From the IMG/VR virus record IMGVR_UViG_3300027805_000017, positions 1-56,806 of that record: a stretch of DNA of 56,806 bases; one strand, given 5' to 3'. This DNA comes from a virus (lineage: Duplodnaviria > Caudoviricetes). The notes beneath the pieces are model-generated. The model worked only from the letters and a program-made list of their open reading frames with translations. It did no database searches and was not told the DNA's origin. Numbering within the stretch: the stretch's first letter is position 1; each line of letters starts with the position of its first letter. The translations under genes and the position numbers were made by a program. This document shows, one piece after another, positions 35,996 through 44,160 of this stretch.

Positions 35996-36008
35996 ACAAG
36001 GAATTATC

Positions 36009-36587
36009 ATGGCATTGACCACATTCAGCGGCCCAGTAAAATCGCTTAACGGTTTTGTTTCGGGCACAGATACCGACCCTATCGTTGTAACTACAGCTCA
36101 AAATATTGACTCCGCCTACGCAACATCTTCGGCTACAACCGGCGATACACGTTTAAGTTACTCCCGTTTGACGTTTACTTCGACAGGCTCCGGTGAAACA
36201 ATCCGCGCCTTGACCCGAGTGACTGGCGCCAATGGTGCAACAGGCGGCACAATTAACGGCGCTCACGTCAGCTTGTCAATTAATGGCTCAGGCACCATTT
36301 CTGGTGCTGGTAACGCACTTCGCGCTACATTGGGCGGCAGTTCTACAAACCCCGGCGGCACAATCGCAGCTATTCAAGCTGACTCTGATTTTGCCTCTGG
36401 CGGTACTTGGACTAACGCCTCGTTCATTCGTTTCACAAATAGCGGAACAGGTACGGTTGCTAACTTGTTTAATGTTCCCGCTGGGATGGTAACGGCAAAT
36501 ACGCAGGGTGCTGCTACAAACTCATTGAAGATTGTGGACAGCGCAGGTACTGCTTACTACATTATGTTGACGACAACGAATTCATAA
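36009..36587 (+). CDS. Virion structural protein (192 aa)
   Basis: MALTTFSGPV N-terminus; T/G/S/A-rich beta protein. Confidence 0.7.
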   Translation: MALTTFSGPVKSLNGFVSGTDTDPIVVTTAQNIDSAYATSSATTGDTRLSYSRLTFTSTGSGETIRALTRVTGANGATGGTINGAHVSLSINGSGTISGAGNALRATLGGSSTNPGGTIAAIQADSDFASGGTWTNASFIRFTNSGTGTVANLFNVPAGMVTANTQGAATNSLKIVDSAGTAYYIMLTTTNS

Positions 36588-36754
36588 TGCAGATTACCAA
36601 GGAATTTCTGGAAGCAGAGATTGCCGAGTTGCAGAAAGAGGCGGGGAAGGCTGAAGTCTTCCTCCTTCAATCAAAAGCAACAGTTGCGGCCTATCAAATG
36701 CTTATCAATCGCTTAGAAGCGCCAGAAAAAACGCAAGAAACGCAAGAACAGTAG
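36587..36754 (+). CDS. Small coiled-coil protein (55 aa)
   Basis: Manual translation MQITKEFLEAEIAEL..QEQ; TAATG coupling. Confidence 0.6.
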   Translation: MQITKEFLEAEIAELQKEAGKAEVFLLQSKATVAAYQMLINRLEAPEKTQETQEQ

Positions 36755-36763
36755 GAGCTAATT

Positions 36764-37069
36764 ATGAGCTTTGCAAGCGATATCTCGGCGGTCAGCAAGA
36801 CTGCGACTGGGCAAGCGGTTAATGGACGTACACGCCTTGCGGGCATGTACTTTACACATACTGTCACACCTGCCACCATTACATTGCGTAGCGGTGGCGG
36901 ATCCGGTACTGTTTTGCTTACTATGACCTCTCCTGCTGCGGCAGGATCTCAGGATATGATTATCCCTGACAATGGCATCCTGTTTACGGACGGCATCCAC
37001 ATTACGCTCAGTAGCGCTGAAATTACCAGCGTAACACTACTGTTCGTCGGCGGCGGCGCTGTTGCATAA
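36764..37069 (+). CDS. Probable virion structural protein (101 aa)
   Basis: AGGAG RBS; IPDNGILFTDG motif. Confidence 0.65.
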   Translation: MSFASDISAVSKTATGQAVNGRTRLAGMYFTHTVTPATITLRSGGGSGTVLLTMTSPAAAGSQDMIIPDNGILFTDGIHITLSSAEITSVTLLFVGGGAVA

Positions 37070-37338
37070 TGGCTAAGAAAACCCCCTCCCTATCAATTGG
37101 ACGCGGGGAAAAGTTACCTGTGTCCAAGGGAGCGGGCTTAACTGCCAAAGGCCGTGCCAAAATGAATGCGGCAACGGGCTCTAATTTAAAAGCACCGGCA
37201 CCAAACCCAAAAACCAAGGCAGATGCAGGGCGTAAGAAATCTTTTTGTTCACGCATGGGGGGTATGCCGGGCCCTATGAAGGACGAAAAGGGTCGCCCTA
37301 CTCGTAAAGCCGCTGCTCTTAAACGATGGAAATGTTGA
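37069..37338 (+). CDS. Small basic protein (DUF6321-like)
   Basis: GLTAKGRA..LKAP..RKKSFCSRM..ALKRWKC. Confidence 0.7.
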   Translation: MAKKTPSLSIGRGEKLPVSKGAGLTAKGRAKMNAATGSNLKAPAPNPKTKADAGRKKSFCSRMGGMPGPMKDEKGRPTRKAAALKRWKC

Positions 37339-37339
37339 T

Positions 37340-37579
37340 ATGGAAGACTTAGTCAAAACAGCCCGTGAGTTAGCCACACACGCAAGCGAAATCAAACATC
37401 TCCAGTCTGATATGGACAGGGTGTTAGTAGAACTTAACGCCATGAAAGAGACGGTAGATTCTATTAACCAAAAGCTTGATAAAGCCGAAGGCGGATGGAA
37501 AACCTTGATTTGGATTGGTGGTATTGCAAGTAGCGTAACTGGTTTTATTGGTTTTATTATCGGGTATTTCCGAGGTTGA
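37340..37579 (+). CDS. Coiled-coil protein with C-terminal transmembrane helix
   Basis: Heptad region then WIGGIASSVTGFIGFIIGYF. Confidence 0.65.
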   Translation: MEDLVKTARELATHASEIKHLQSDMDRVLVELNAMKETVDSINQKLDKAEGGWKTLIWIGGIASSVTGFIGFIIGYFRG

Positions 37580-37580
37580 A

Positions 37581-38246
37581 ATGTATCTTACAAGTAACAT
37601 TCCGTACTTCAAGTGCTGGGTAAGAAAAGAGTTTACCAATGGGCATCAGAAGTACCAGGGTGAGTATATTCACGCATTGGCAGTAGCGGTAACTACAATT
37701 CCAGACCGAAGTTTAAGCTTTCAAGTGATTTTTACGGGCTGCGAAGCAGATGATGGCAGTCAAGAAAACGTGCATGGCGGAGCGATGTGGGCAAGAATGC
37801 CTTTAGCCGCTTTGGTGGGAGACATTCCACTAGAAAACTGGCCTGATCGCATGCTAAATCATTTGTCGCAACCTTGGGATTGCAATTCATACAACCACTC
37901 AATTATTAGTTTGGAGAGAGCAAAACCCTCTCCATGGTTATGCAAGATCAATAACGAATTTTTTACTGGCAGATACTTGTTTACGGTTGATTATGCAGAG
38001 AGCGAAGTGTCGGAAGACCCCTCACAGCATAAACAAAGCCATGTATTGATTCTGACGGATGCAGGGAAGTGGACGGGTAATGTGGTTGCATTACCAAATA
38101 ACCGTGTACGGGTGACAAGCCCTGCATACTGGGTAACGGGCAAAGGTGCGCCCGACTTTAGGCCGAACCAATGGATACATTGTGCCGAGCAGGATGATTC
38201 GTACATGGATCCGCAACAAACTTTCAATAATTTATACAAGGATTAG
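37581..38246 (+). CDS. Conserved hypothetical protein (221 aa)
   Basis: GAGG RBS before ATG 37581; GGAMWARMP, QPWDC, HKQSHV, ALPNNR motifs. Confidence 0.7.
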   Translation: MYLTSNIPYFKCWVRKEFTNGHQKYQGEYIHALAVAVTTIPDRSLSFQVIFTGCEADDGSQENVHGGAMWARMPLAALVGDIPLENWPDRMLNHLSQPWDCNSYNHSIISLERAKPSPWLCKINNEFFTGRYLFTVDYAESEVSEDPSQHKQSHVLILTDAGKWTGNVVALPNNRVRVTSPAYWVTGKGAPDFRPNQWIHCAEQDDSYMDPQQTFNNLYKD

Positions 38247-38251
38247 TTAAA

Positions 38252-38506
38252 ATGATGAATTCAAAGATGATGGCAGCAGGCGGCATGATGAAAAAAGGCT
38301 ACGCTGCGGGTGGTGCTGTTAAGAAAAAGGAAGCGGCAGGCGGCGCTATGAAAATGGTCGAAAAGAACGGCAAGAAAGTTCCTGCTTTTGCGGCTGATGG
38401 GGTAGGTAAAATGGCCAAAGGCGGCATGGCAAAGTCAAAGATGATGGCGTCTGGCGGCATGATGAAAAAAGGTGCTGCTTCAGGTGGTGCTAAGGGTAAA
38501 AAGTAA
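38252..38506 (+). CDS. M/K/A/G-rich protein built from six xAxGG repeats
   Basis: MAAGGMM, YAAGGAV, EAAGGAM, MAKGGMA, MASGGMM, AASGGAK. Confidence 0.75.
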   Translation: MMNSKMMAAGGMMKKGYAAGGAVKKKEAAGGAMKMVEKNGKKVPAFAADGVGKMAKGGMAKSKMMASGGMMKKGAASGGAKGKK

Positions 38507-38562
38507 TGACAAAAACAGCCCCGTAAGTTATTCTGACAGGGCTGTGTTTAAAAGGCGAGGCC

Positions 38563-38847
38563 ATGAAAACTTGTCGTGGAATGGGCGTAATTTTAGCTTC
38601 CAAAATGCCAAAGGGTAAGGAAAAAACTCGCCCAGATGACATGGAAGTTTTAACGTATGCCAAAGGCGGCGAAGCCAAGTCCAAAGTAAACGAGTCGGGT
38701 AACTACACCAAGCCTGGGATGCGCAAGCGGATGTTTAACAGCATCAAAGCGGCTGCGGTACAAGGCACAGGTGCAGGCCAGTGGAGCGGGCGCAAGGCAC
38801 AGCTTTTGGCCAAACGCTATAAGGCCGGCGGCGGAGGCTATAAGTGA
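38563..38847 (+). CDS. Basic protein, N-half of DUF5872-like domain
   Basis: NYTKPGMRKR..GQWSGRKAQLLAKRYKAGGGGYK; YAKGGEA tag. Confidence 0.7.
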   Translation: MKTCRGMGVILASKMPKGKEKTRPDDMEVLTYAKGGEAKSKVNESGNYTKPGMRKRMFNSIKAAAVQGTGAGQWSGRKAQLLAKRYKAGGGGYK

Positions 38848-39086
38848 AAGCTCCGCAAAAATCCTTAAAGGCTTGGGGCGATGCTGATTGGCAAACAAAA
38901 AGTGGCAAGAAGTCGTCTGAAACAGGTGAGCGATACCTTCCAAAGGCCGCAATTAAGGCCTTAACTCCTGCTGAATATGCCGCAACTACGCGTGCAAAAC
39001 GCAAGGGTAAGGCAGCAGGAAAGCAGTTTGTAGCACAACCGAAACGCATTAGTAAGAAGGTTAAACCCTTCCGCAAAGTTACTTAA
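38844..39086 (+). CDS. Basic protein, C-half of DUF5872-like domain
   Basis: QKSLKAW..WQTKSG..RYLPKAA; GTGA overlap. Confidence 0.7.
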   Translation: MKAPQKSLKAWGDADWQTKSGKKSSETGERYLPKAAIKALTPAEYAATTRAKRKGKAAGKQFVAQPKRISKKVKPFRKVT

Positions 39087-39110
39087 ATACTACTTTACAA
39101 GGAAATAATC

Positions 39111-39299
39111 ATGGCCGGACGTGGAATGGGTGCTGCAATTAAAGGCGGCGGAGCAGTAGGAACGGGTCCTCGGAACAAGATGCTGAGTGAAACATCGCAG
39201 ACTACGGGTCCTGTCATGATGAAAAACGGTGGCGCTGTTAACCAACACAAGCGCATGGCCATGGGCAAAAAGCTCAAAAAAGGCGGGATGGTTAAATAA
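39111..39299 (+). CDS. Small basic protein with GG tags (62 aa)
   Basis: AAGGA RBS; MKNGGAV, LKKGGMV. Confidence 0.7.
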   Translation: MAGRGMGAAIKGGGAVGTGPRNKMLSETSQTTGPVMMKNGGAVNQHKRMAMGKKLKKGGMVK

Positions 39300-39964
39300 T
39301 GGCCACTTCAGGAACGACTGACTTCAACCTACAGATCGACGATCTGATTGAAGAAAGCTTCGAGAGATGCGGGATGAGGATGACCAATGGTTATCAGTTG
39401 ACCAGTGCTCGTCGTTCCTTGAATCTGTTGTTCTTGGATTGGGCAAGCCGCGGATTGAACCTTTGGACTATTGAGGAAGCGACATTCCCTCTTGTTCAGG
39501 GTTCGCGGGAATTAGTGCTTGCCGCGGATACTGTCAACGTCTTGTCCGCCGTTATTCGTCTAAGCAATTCGGGTCCTAGTACGGACATCACGATTGATCG
39601 CATTAGCCGTGAAGAGTACTTGAACGTGCCTGACAAGACGACGCAAGCGCGCCCTTCTCAGTACTACGTCCAACGCTCTAATCCAACGACGGTATACCTG
39701 TATCCCGCTTCGGATCAAATCTACACCTTTGTCTATTACCGTATACGACGTATCGAAGATGCTGGGGATTACACCAACACGGCGGATGTTAACTTCCGTT
39801 TCCTGCCTTGTTTGGCAAGTGGTTTGGCGTACATGCTCTCATTAAAGTACGCGCCCGATCGTGCGGCGGCTTTAAAGCAAATCTATGAAGAGGATTTCCA
39901 ACGCGCCGCACTCGCTGACCGCGATACTGCGAGTGTGCATTTTGTCCCTGATGTAGGGTACTAA
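39299..39964 (+). CDS. Head-tail adaptor / tail tubular-type protein
   Basis: Position; ARRSLNLL..W.SRGLNLW, RPSQYY, LPCLASGLAY. Confidence 0.6.
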   Translation: MATSGTTDFNLQIDDLIEESFERCGMRMTNGYQLTSARRSLNLLFLDWASRGLNLWTIEEATFPLVQGSRELVLAADTVNVLSAVIRLSNSGPSTDITIDRISREEYLNVPDKTTQARPSQYYVQRSNPTTVYLYPASDQIYTFVYYRIRRIEDAGDYTNTADVNFRFLPCLASGLAYMLSLKYAPDRAAALKQIYEEDFQRAALADRDTASVHFVPDVGY

Positions 39965-39965
39965 A

Positions 39966-40316
39966 ATGTCTTTTGCAACCGGAAAATTCTCGTATGCACT
40001 GTGTGACTACTGTGGCCAACGCTACGAGTACAACACGTTGCGCAAGAATTGGCGCGGTTTTATGGTGTGTCCAGAAGACTACGAGCCTAAAGAGCCGCAG
40101 CTTGAACCGTTAAAATACAGAGGGGACTCGATTGCGTTGCGTAATCCTCGTCCAGACCGCATTGAACCTGTTTCAGTCTTTGTTGGATCGCCTGGATTCT
40201 CGGCCTTTCAAAGTTTTGGCAGCGCCAATGGTGGCACAAACATGCAGCCTTATCCTCCTACCAAAGCGGTAGTGGGAGTGGGTAAGATTGGTTCAGTTAC
40301 AGTGGTGACATCATGA
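39966..40316 (+). CDS. Hypothetical protein with CxxC motif
   Basis: ALCDYCG..VCPEDYEPKEPQL. Confidence 0.65.
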   Translation: MSFATGKFSYALCDYCGQRYEYNTLRKNWRGFMVCPEDYEPKEPQLEPLKYRGDSIALRNPRPDRIEPVSVFVGSPGFSAFQSFGSANGGTNMQPYPPTKAVVGVGKIGSVTVVTS

Positions 40317-40969
40317 CATATGACGAGCTCGTCACGAACTTACGCAATTACACTGAGGTAGACGCAAACGTCTTCTCCCCTTCTGTCATCAACACGTTTA
40401 TTACGATGGCTGAAAATCGTATTTTGCGTGACATTGATTTGGATGTATTTAAGGTAGAGGCTACAGCCAACACCACTTCGGGCAATAAGTTTTTAACTGC
40501 CCCTAGTGATATCCTGACCCATCGTTATTTAATGTTAACGTCAGGCACGGATCAGATTTTTCTTGATTTCCGTGACACGTCGTTTATGAAAGAGTATTGG
40601 TCAAATGGTGCTGAGACAGGAGTACCTAAGTACTATTCCGTCTGGAATCAGAATACGTTTTATCTGGCGCCTACACCTAACGCAAGCTTTACTGTTGAGC
40701 TTGGGTACATTTACCGTCCTACTCAGCTTTCTCCAGCTACTCCAACAACGTGGATTAGTAACAACGCGCCTGAAGCATTGCTTTATGCTTGCCTGATCCA
40801 AGCGTATAGTTACACTAAGGGTCCGTTGGAGATGCTGCAGTACTTTGAAAACAGCTATAAGCAGGCTGTACAGGGTCTGGGCATTGAGCAGCAAGGACGC
40901 CGCCGTCGCGATGAGTACAGAGACGGCATGATTCGTTTACCCATTAAGTCGGAGAGCCCTGGGCCATGA
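40313..40969 (+). CDS. Head completion/connector protein
   Basis: FITMAENRI..GVPKYY..LAPTP..APEALLYACL pattern. Confidence 0.6.
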   Translation: MTYDELVTNLRNYTEVDANVFSPSVINTFITMAENRILRDIDLDVFKVEATANTTSGNKFLTAPSDILTHRYLMLTSGTDQIFLDFRDTSFMKEYWSNGAETGVPKYYSVWNQNTFYLAPTPNASFTVELGYIYRPTQLSPATPTTWISNNAPEALLYACLIQAYSYTKGPLEMLQYFENSYKQAVQGLGIEQQGRRRRDEYRDGMIRLPIKSESPGP

Positions 40970-41253
40970 ACATAGGACAAGCGCCAGTACTGTTGAATAA
41001 AGTCAAGGTTGCGACCACGAATGATCGTGGTCATACGCCTGAAGAACTTGCGCAACGCATGGTGGACAAGATTATTTCGGTAGGCAATAACAGCCATCCG
41101 GCTATTCGTGACCAAGCAATCGCTTTTCAGAGTGCTGTGAAGAACGTAGCGCTTGTTTATTTAAAGGAAGCAGTCAATCAGCACAATGCAACCATTGCAA
41201 TTAGGCTGACAAAGGCTGGACATTCAAATTTAGTACACCTTTTAGGGGAATAA
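40966..41253 (+). CDS. Hypothetical protein (95 aa)
   Basis: Coupled ORF in structural operon. Confidence 0.65.
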   Translation: MNIGQAPVLLNKVKVATTNDRGHTPEELAQRMVDKIISVGNNSHPAIRDQAIAFQSAVKNVALVYLKEAVNQHNATIAIRLTKAGHSNLVHLLGE

Positions 41254-41255
41254 TT

Positions 41256-41702
41256 ATGGCTTTTACCGGAAATTTCATGTGTACCAGTTTCAAGACGCAG
41301 TTAATGGAGGCCGTACATGACTTCCGCACTGCTGGCGGAGACACTTTTAAGCTTGCTTTGTACGACGATAGCGCTGCGTTTACTGCGGCTACGACTGCGT
41401 ACACGGTGACAAACGAAGTGGCCAACTCGGGCACTTATGCGGCAGGTGGTGGAACGCTTGTAAACGTGACGCCAACTTCTAGCGGCACGACTGCATTCAC
41501 AGACTTTGCTGACCTGTCGTTTACGAGTGCCACAATCACCGCATATGGTGCGTTGATTTACAACAGCACGCCTACGCACACTTACACAAACCCTACTGTT
41601 TGCGTTCTTGACTTTGCTGGAGCAAAAACCTCTACCAACGGAACGTTTACAATTATTTTCCCGACGGCTGATGCAACTGACGCCATTATCCGTATCGCCT
41701 AA
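41256..41702 (+). CDS. Virion structural protein (148 aa)
   Basis: SFK..HDF..FKLALY..YAAGG..GALIYN. Confidence 0.65.
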   Translation: MAFTGNFMCTSFKTQLMEAVHDFRTAGGDTFKLALYDDSAAFTAATTAYTVTNEVANSGTYAAGGGTLVNVTPTSSGTTAFTDFADLSFTSATITAYGALIYNSTPTHTYTNPTVCVLDFAGAKTSTNGTFTIIFPTADATDAIIRIA

Positions 41703-41714
41703 TAGGACGGAAAT

Positions 41715-42578
41715 GTGGCTGATGTACAGATCGCACTTGGCGGATTCGGATCCGAAGGCTGGGGAGTCGCAGCTTGGGGTGAAGGAAACAATTCTGTCTC
41801 GGCAACGGGAGAGGTTGGCGTTGTTGCGGTTACGGGTAATGCAGAGGCATTACTTACAGGCGTTTCGGCGACAGGAGAAGTAGGGCAAGTAGATGTAGTG
41901 TCGGCGATCGATGTACTGGTTACAGGGGTTGAAGGCACTGGACAGGTTGGAAGTGCTGTTGTTGCTGCAGGTGCGGATGTTTCTGTTACTGGTGCAGCGG
42001 GTACGGGCGAAGTTGGAAGTGTTACGGTTGAGCTTGTCCAAGCCGTTACGGTTACTGGCGTTTCGGCAACAGGACAGATAGGTAATGTTGCCATTACCGG
42101 AGGTGCTGAAATCTCCGTAACTGGAGTTAGTGCTTCTGCGTTACTTGGTGATGTTATTGCGGTAACAGGAACGGTAGTTGATCTTGTAGGCGTAGAGGGT
42201 ACAACAGAACTCGGTATAGTATCTTTTAGCCTTGGAGCAACGGTTGACGTAATTGGCGTACAAGCCTCAGGACAGGTGGGAACAACAGTTATTACTGCCG
42301 ATTCCTCCGTTACCCTAACAGGGGTGAGCGCTACTGCCGAACTAGGAAGCAACAGTGTTGTTATTTCGGTTGCAGTCAACGTAACAGGCGTTCAGGCTTT
42401 CGCCTCTGTGGGATTGGTACAAGTTGGAGCAGGGGTAGGCGTCAACGTAATAGGTGTCCAAGCAGTAGGACTTATTAATCCAACCATTGTCTGGGGCATT
42501 GTAAATGACAGCCAGAATGCAAATTGGCAAGTTGTAAATGACGCACAGGCGGGTATCTGGACTAAAATAGCAGCATAA
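41715..42578 (+). CDS. V/G/A/T-rich repetitive tail-associated protein
   Basis: Repeated VTGVSATGxVG units; GWG motifs at N-terminus. Confidence 0.65.
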   Translation: MADVQIALGGFGSEGWGVAAWGEGNNSVSATGEVGVVAVTGNAEALLTGVSATGEVGQVDVVSAIDVLVTGVEGTGQVGSAVVAAGADVSVTGAAGTGEVGSVTVELVQAVTVTGVSATGQIGNVAITGGAEISVTGVSASALLGDVIAVTGTVVDLVGVEGTTELGIVSFSLGATVDVIGVQASGQVGTTVITADSSVTLTGVSATAELGSNSVVISVAVNVTGVQAFASVGLVQVGAGVGVNVIGVQAVGLINPTIVWGIVNDSQNANWQVVNDAQAGIWTKIAA

Positions 42579-42591
42579 AGGGAATATTGAC

Positions 42592-44160
42592 ATGACGATT
42601 AATTACACTACTCTTTTGGGATTTGCCCAGCCAGTACCCGGTACTGAAGCCAATACTTGGGGAACCGTTGTTAACGACAGCATCACTGAGTTAGTCGAAG
42701 ACGCCATCGCAGGCAGCGCTACAGCAAGCGTAACCTCCGCTGATTGGACACTCACGACTACAGGTTCTGGCGCAGCTAACCAAGCCAGAAGTGCGATTCT
42801 TATTCCAACAGGAACGCCCGGTGTCTCACGTAATATCATTGTTCCATCATCAAGTAAAGCTTACATCGTAGACAATCAGTCTAATGCAGCCGTGGTGGTT
42901 AAGGGTTCTGCTACGACGGGCGTGTCAATTGCTACGAATACTGCGGCGCTTGTTGCTTGGGATGGTGCGGACTTTGTATTGGTCGCTCAAGACTTGGCTA
43001 ACGTCACGGGTGTTCTTGCTGTGGCTAAGGGTGGAACAGGTATTACGTCATTTGGTGCGGGTGTAGCTACATTCCTTGGTACGCCCTCTTCAGCAAACCT
43101 AGCTGCGGCTGTTACAGACGAGACAGGATCGGGGGCATTGGTTTTTGCAACATCTCCCACTCTAGTAACACCCGCTCTAGGAACACCATCTTCTGGCACA
43201 CTTACAAATGCCACAGGGTTGCCTATTGTTGCGGGTACAACGGGTACATTATCTGTTGCTCGTGGCGGTACAGGGGATACAACGTACACCAACGGTCAAC
43301 TGCTGATAGGTAACACCACAGGAAATACGCTGGCTAAAGCAACACTAACTGCTGGTTCAGGTGTCACTATTACTAATGGTGCAGGGTCTATTACGATTGC
43401 CGCCGCAGGTTCGGGTGGCACGGTAACTTCGGTTGCTTCAGGCACTGGGCTAACAGGTGGCCCGATTACTACTACAGGCACGTTATCCGTTGCTACCAAC
43501 GGGATTTCTGACACCCTTTTGCGGGACTCAGCAGCGCTTTCTGTGATTGGTCGTTCTGCAAACTCTACAGGCGACCCAGCGGATATTGCAGCGGCGTCTG
43601 ACCATCAAGTGCTTCGTCGTTCAGGTACAGCGCTTGGATTCGGTGCAGTTGCGTTAAATCAAACAAACGCCATAACAGGCACACTCCCCGTAGCCAACGG
43701 TGGTACGGGCATCACTTCACTAGGTTCAGGTGTAGCTACGTTCTTGGGTACGCCATCCTCTGCAAACTTAGCGGCGGCGGTTACGGGTGAAACAGGCTCA
43801 GGTGCTTTGGTTTTTGGCACATCCCCGACCCTAGCCAGCCCGACATTTAACGATGGCTACACAGAAGAAGTGTTTGCTGTGTCGGGTACGACTCCTGCGC
43901 TATCACCTGCTGACGGCTCGATTCAGACTTGGACGCTCTCTGGTAACAGCACACCTACCGCAGGCACATGGAACGCAGGGCAGTCTATTACGCTGATGAT
44001 TGACGATGGAAGTGCTTATACAGTCACTTGGTCATCGCTTGCGGTAACGTGGAAGACTGACGGCGGTAACGCACCTACGCTTAACACCACAGGGTTTACT
44101 GTGATTACGCTGTGGAAGGTTAGTACGACTATTTACGGCGCTCGTGTGGGAGATGCGTAA
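42592..44160 (+). CDS. Tail fibre protein
   Basis: T/G/A-rich; VAxGGTG repeats; duplicated ~48-aa block (about 43021-43164 and 43690-43833). Confidence 0.75.
   Translation: MTINYTTLLGFAQPVPGTEANTWGTVVNDSITELVEDAIAGSATASVTSADWTLTTTGSGAANQARSAILIPTGTPGVSRNIIVPSSSKAYIVDNQSNAAVVVKGSATTGVSIATNTAALVAWDGADFVLVAQDLANVTGVLAVAKGGTGITSFGAGVATFLGTPSSANLAAAVTDETGSGALVFATSPTLVTPALGTPSSGTLTNATGLPIVAGTTGTLSVARGGTGDTTYTNGQLLIGNTTGNTLAKATLTAGSGVTITNGAGSITIAAAGSGGTVTSVASGTGLTGGPITTTGTLSVATNGISDTLLRDSAALSVIGRSANSTGDPADIAAASDHQVLRRSGTALGFGAVALNQTNAITGTLPVANGGTGITSLGSGVATFLGTPSSANLAAAVTGETGSGALVFGTSPTLASPTFNDGYTEEVFAVSGTTPALSPADGSIQTWTLSGNSTPTAGTWNAGQSITLMIDDGSAYTVTWSSLAVTWKTDGGNAPTLNTTGFTVITLWKVSTTIYGARVGDA

Noticed and set aside
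41699-42379. Long antisense ORFs here and at 26940-27719, 33537-34079, 55299-55859
   Set aside because: Shadows of biased-codon sense genes with no independent motifs
42592-44160. VAKGGTG/VANGGTG in the tail fibre, and KSKGGIV in GroES, as copies of the GG tag
   Set aside because: These are the ordinary tail-fibre repeat and the GroES mobile-loop motif; excluded from the tag count
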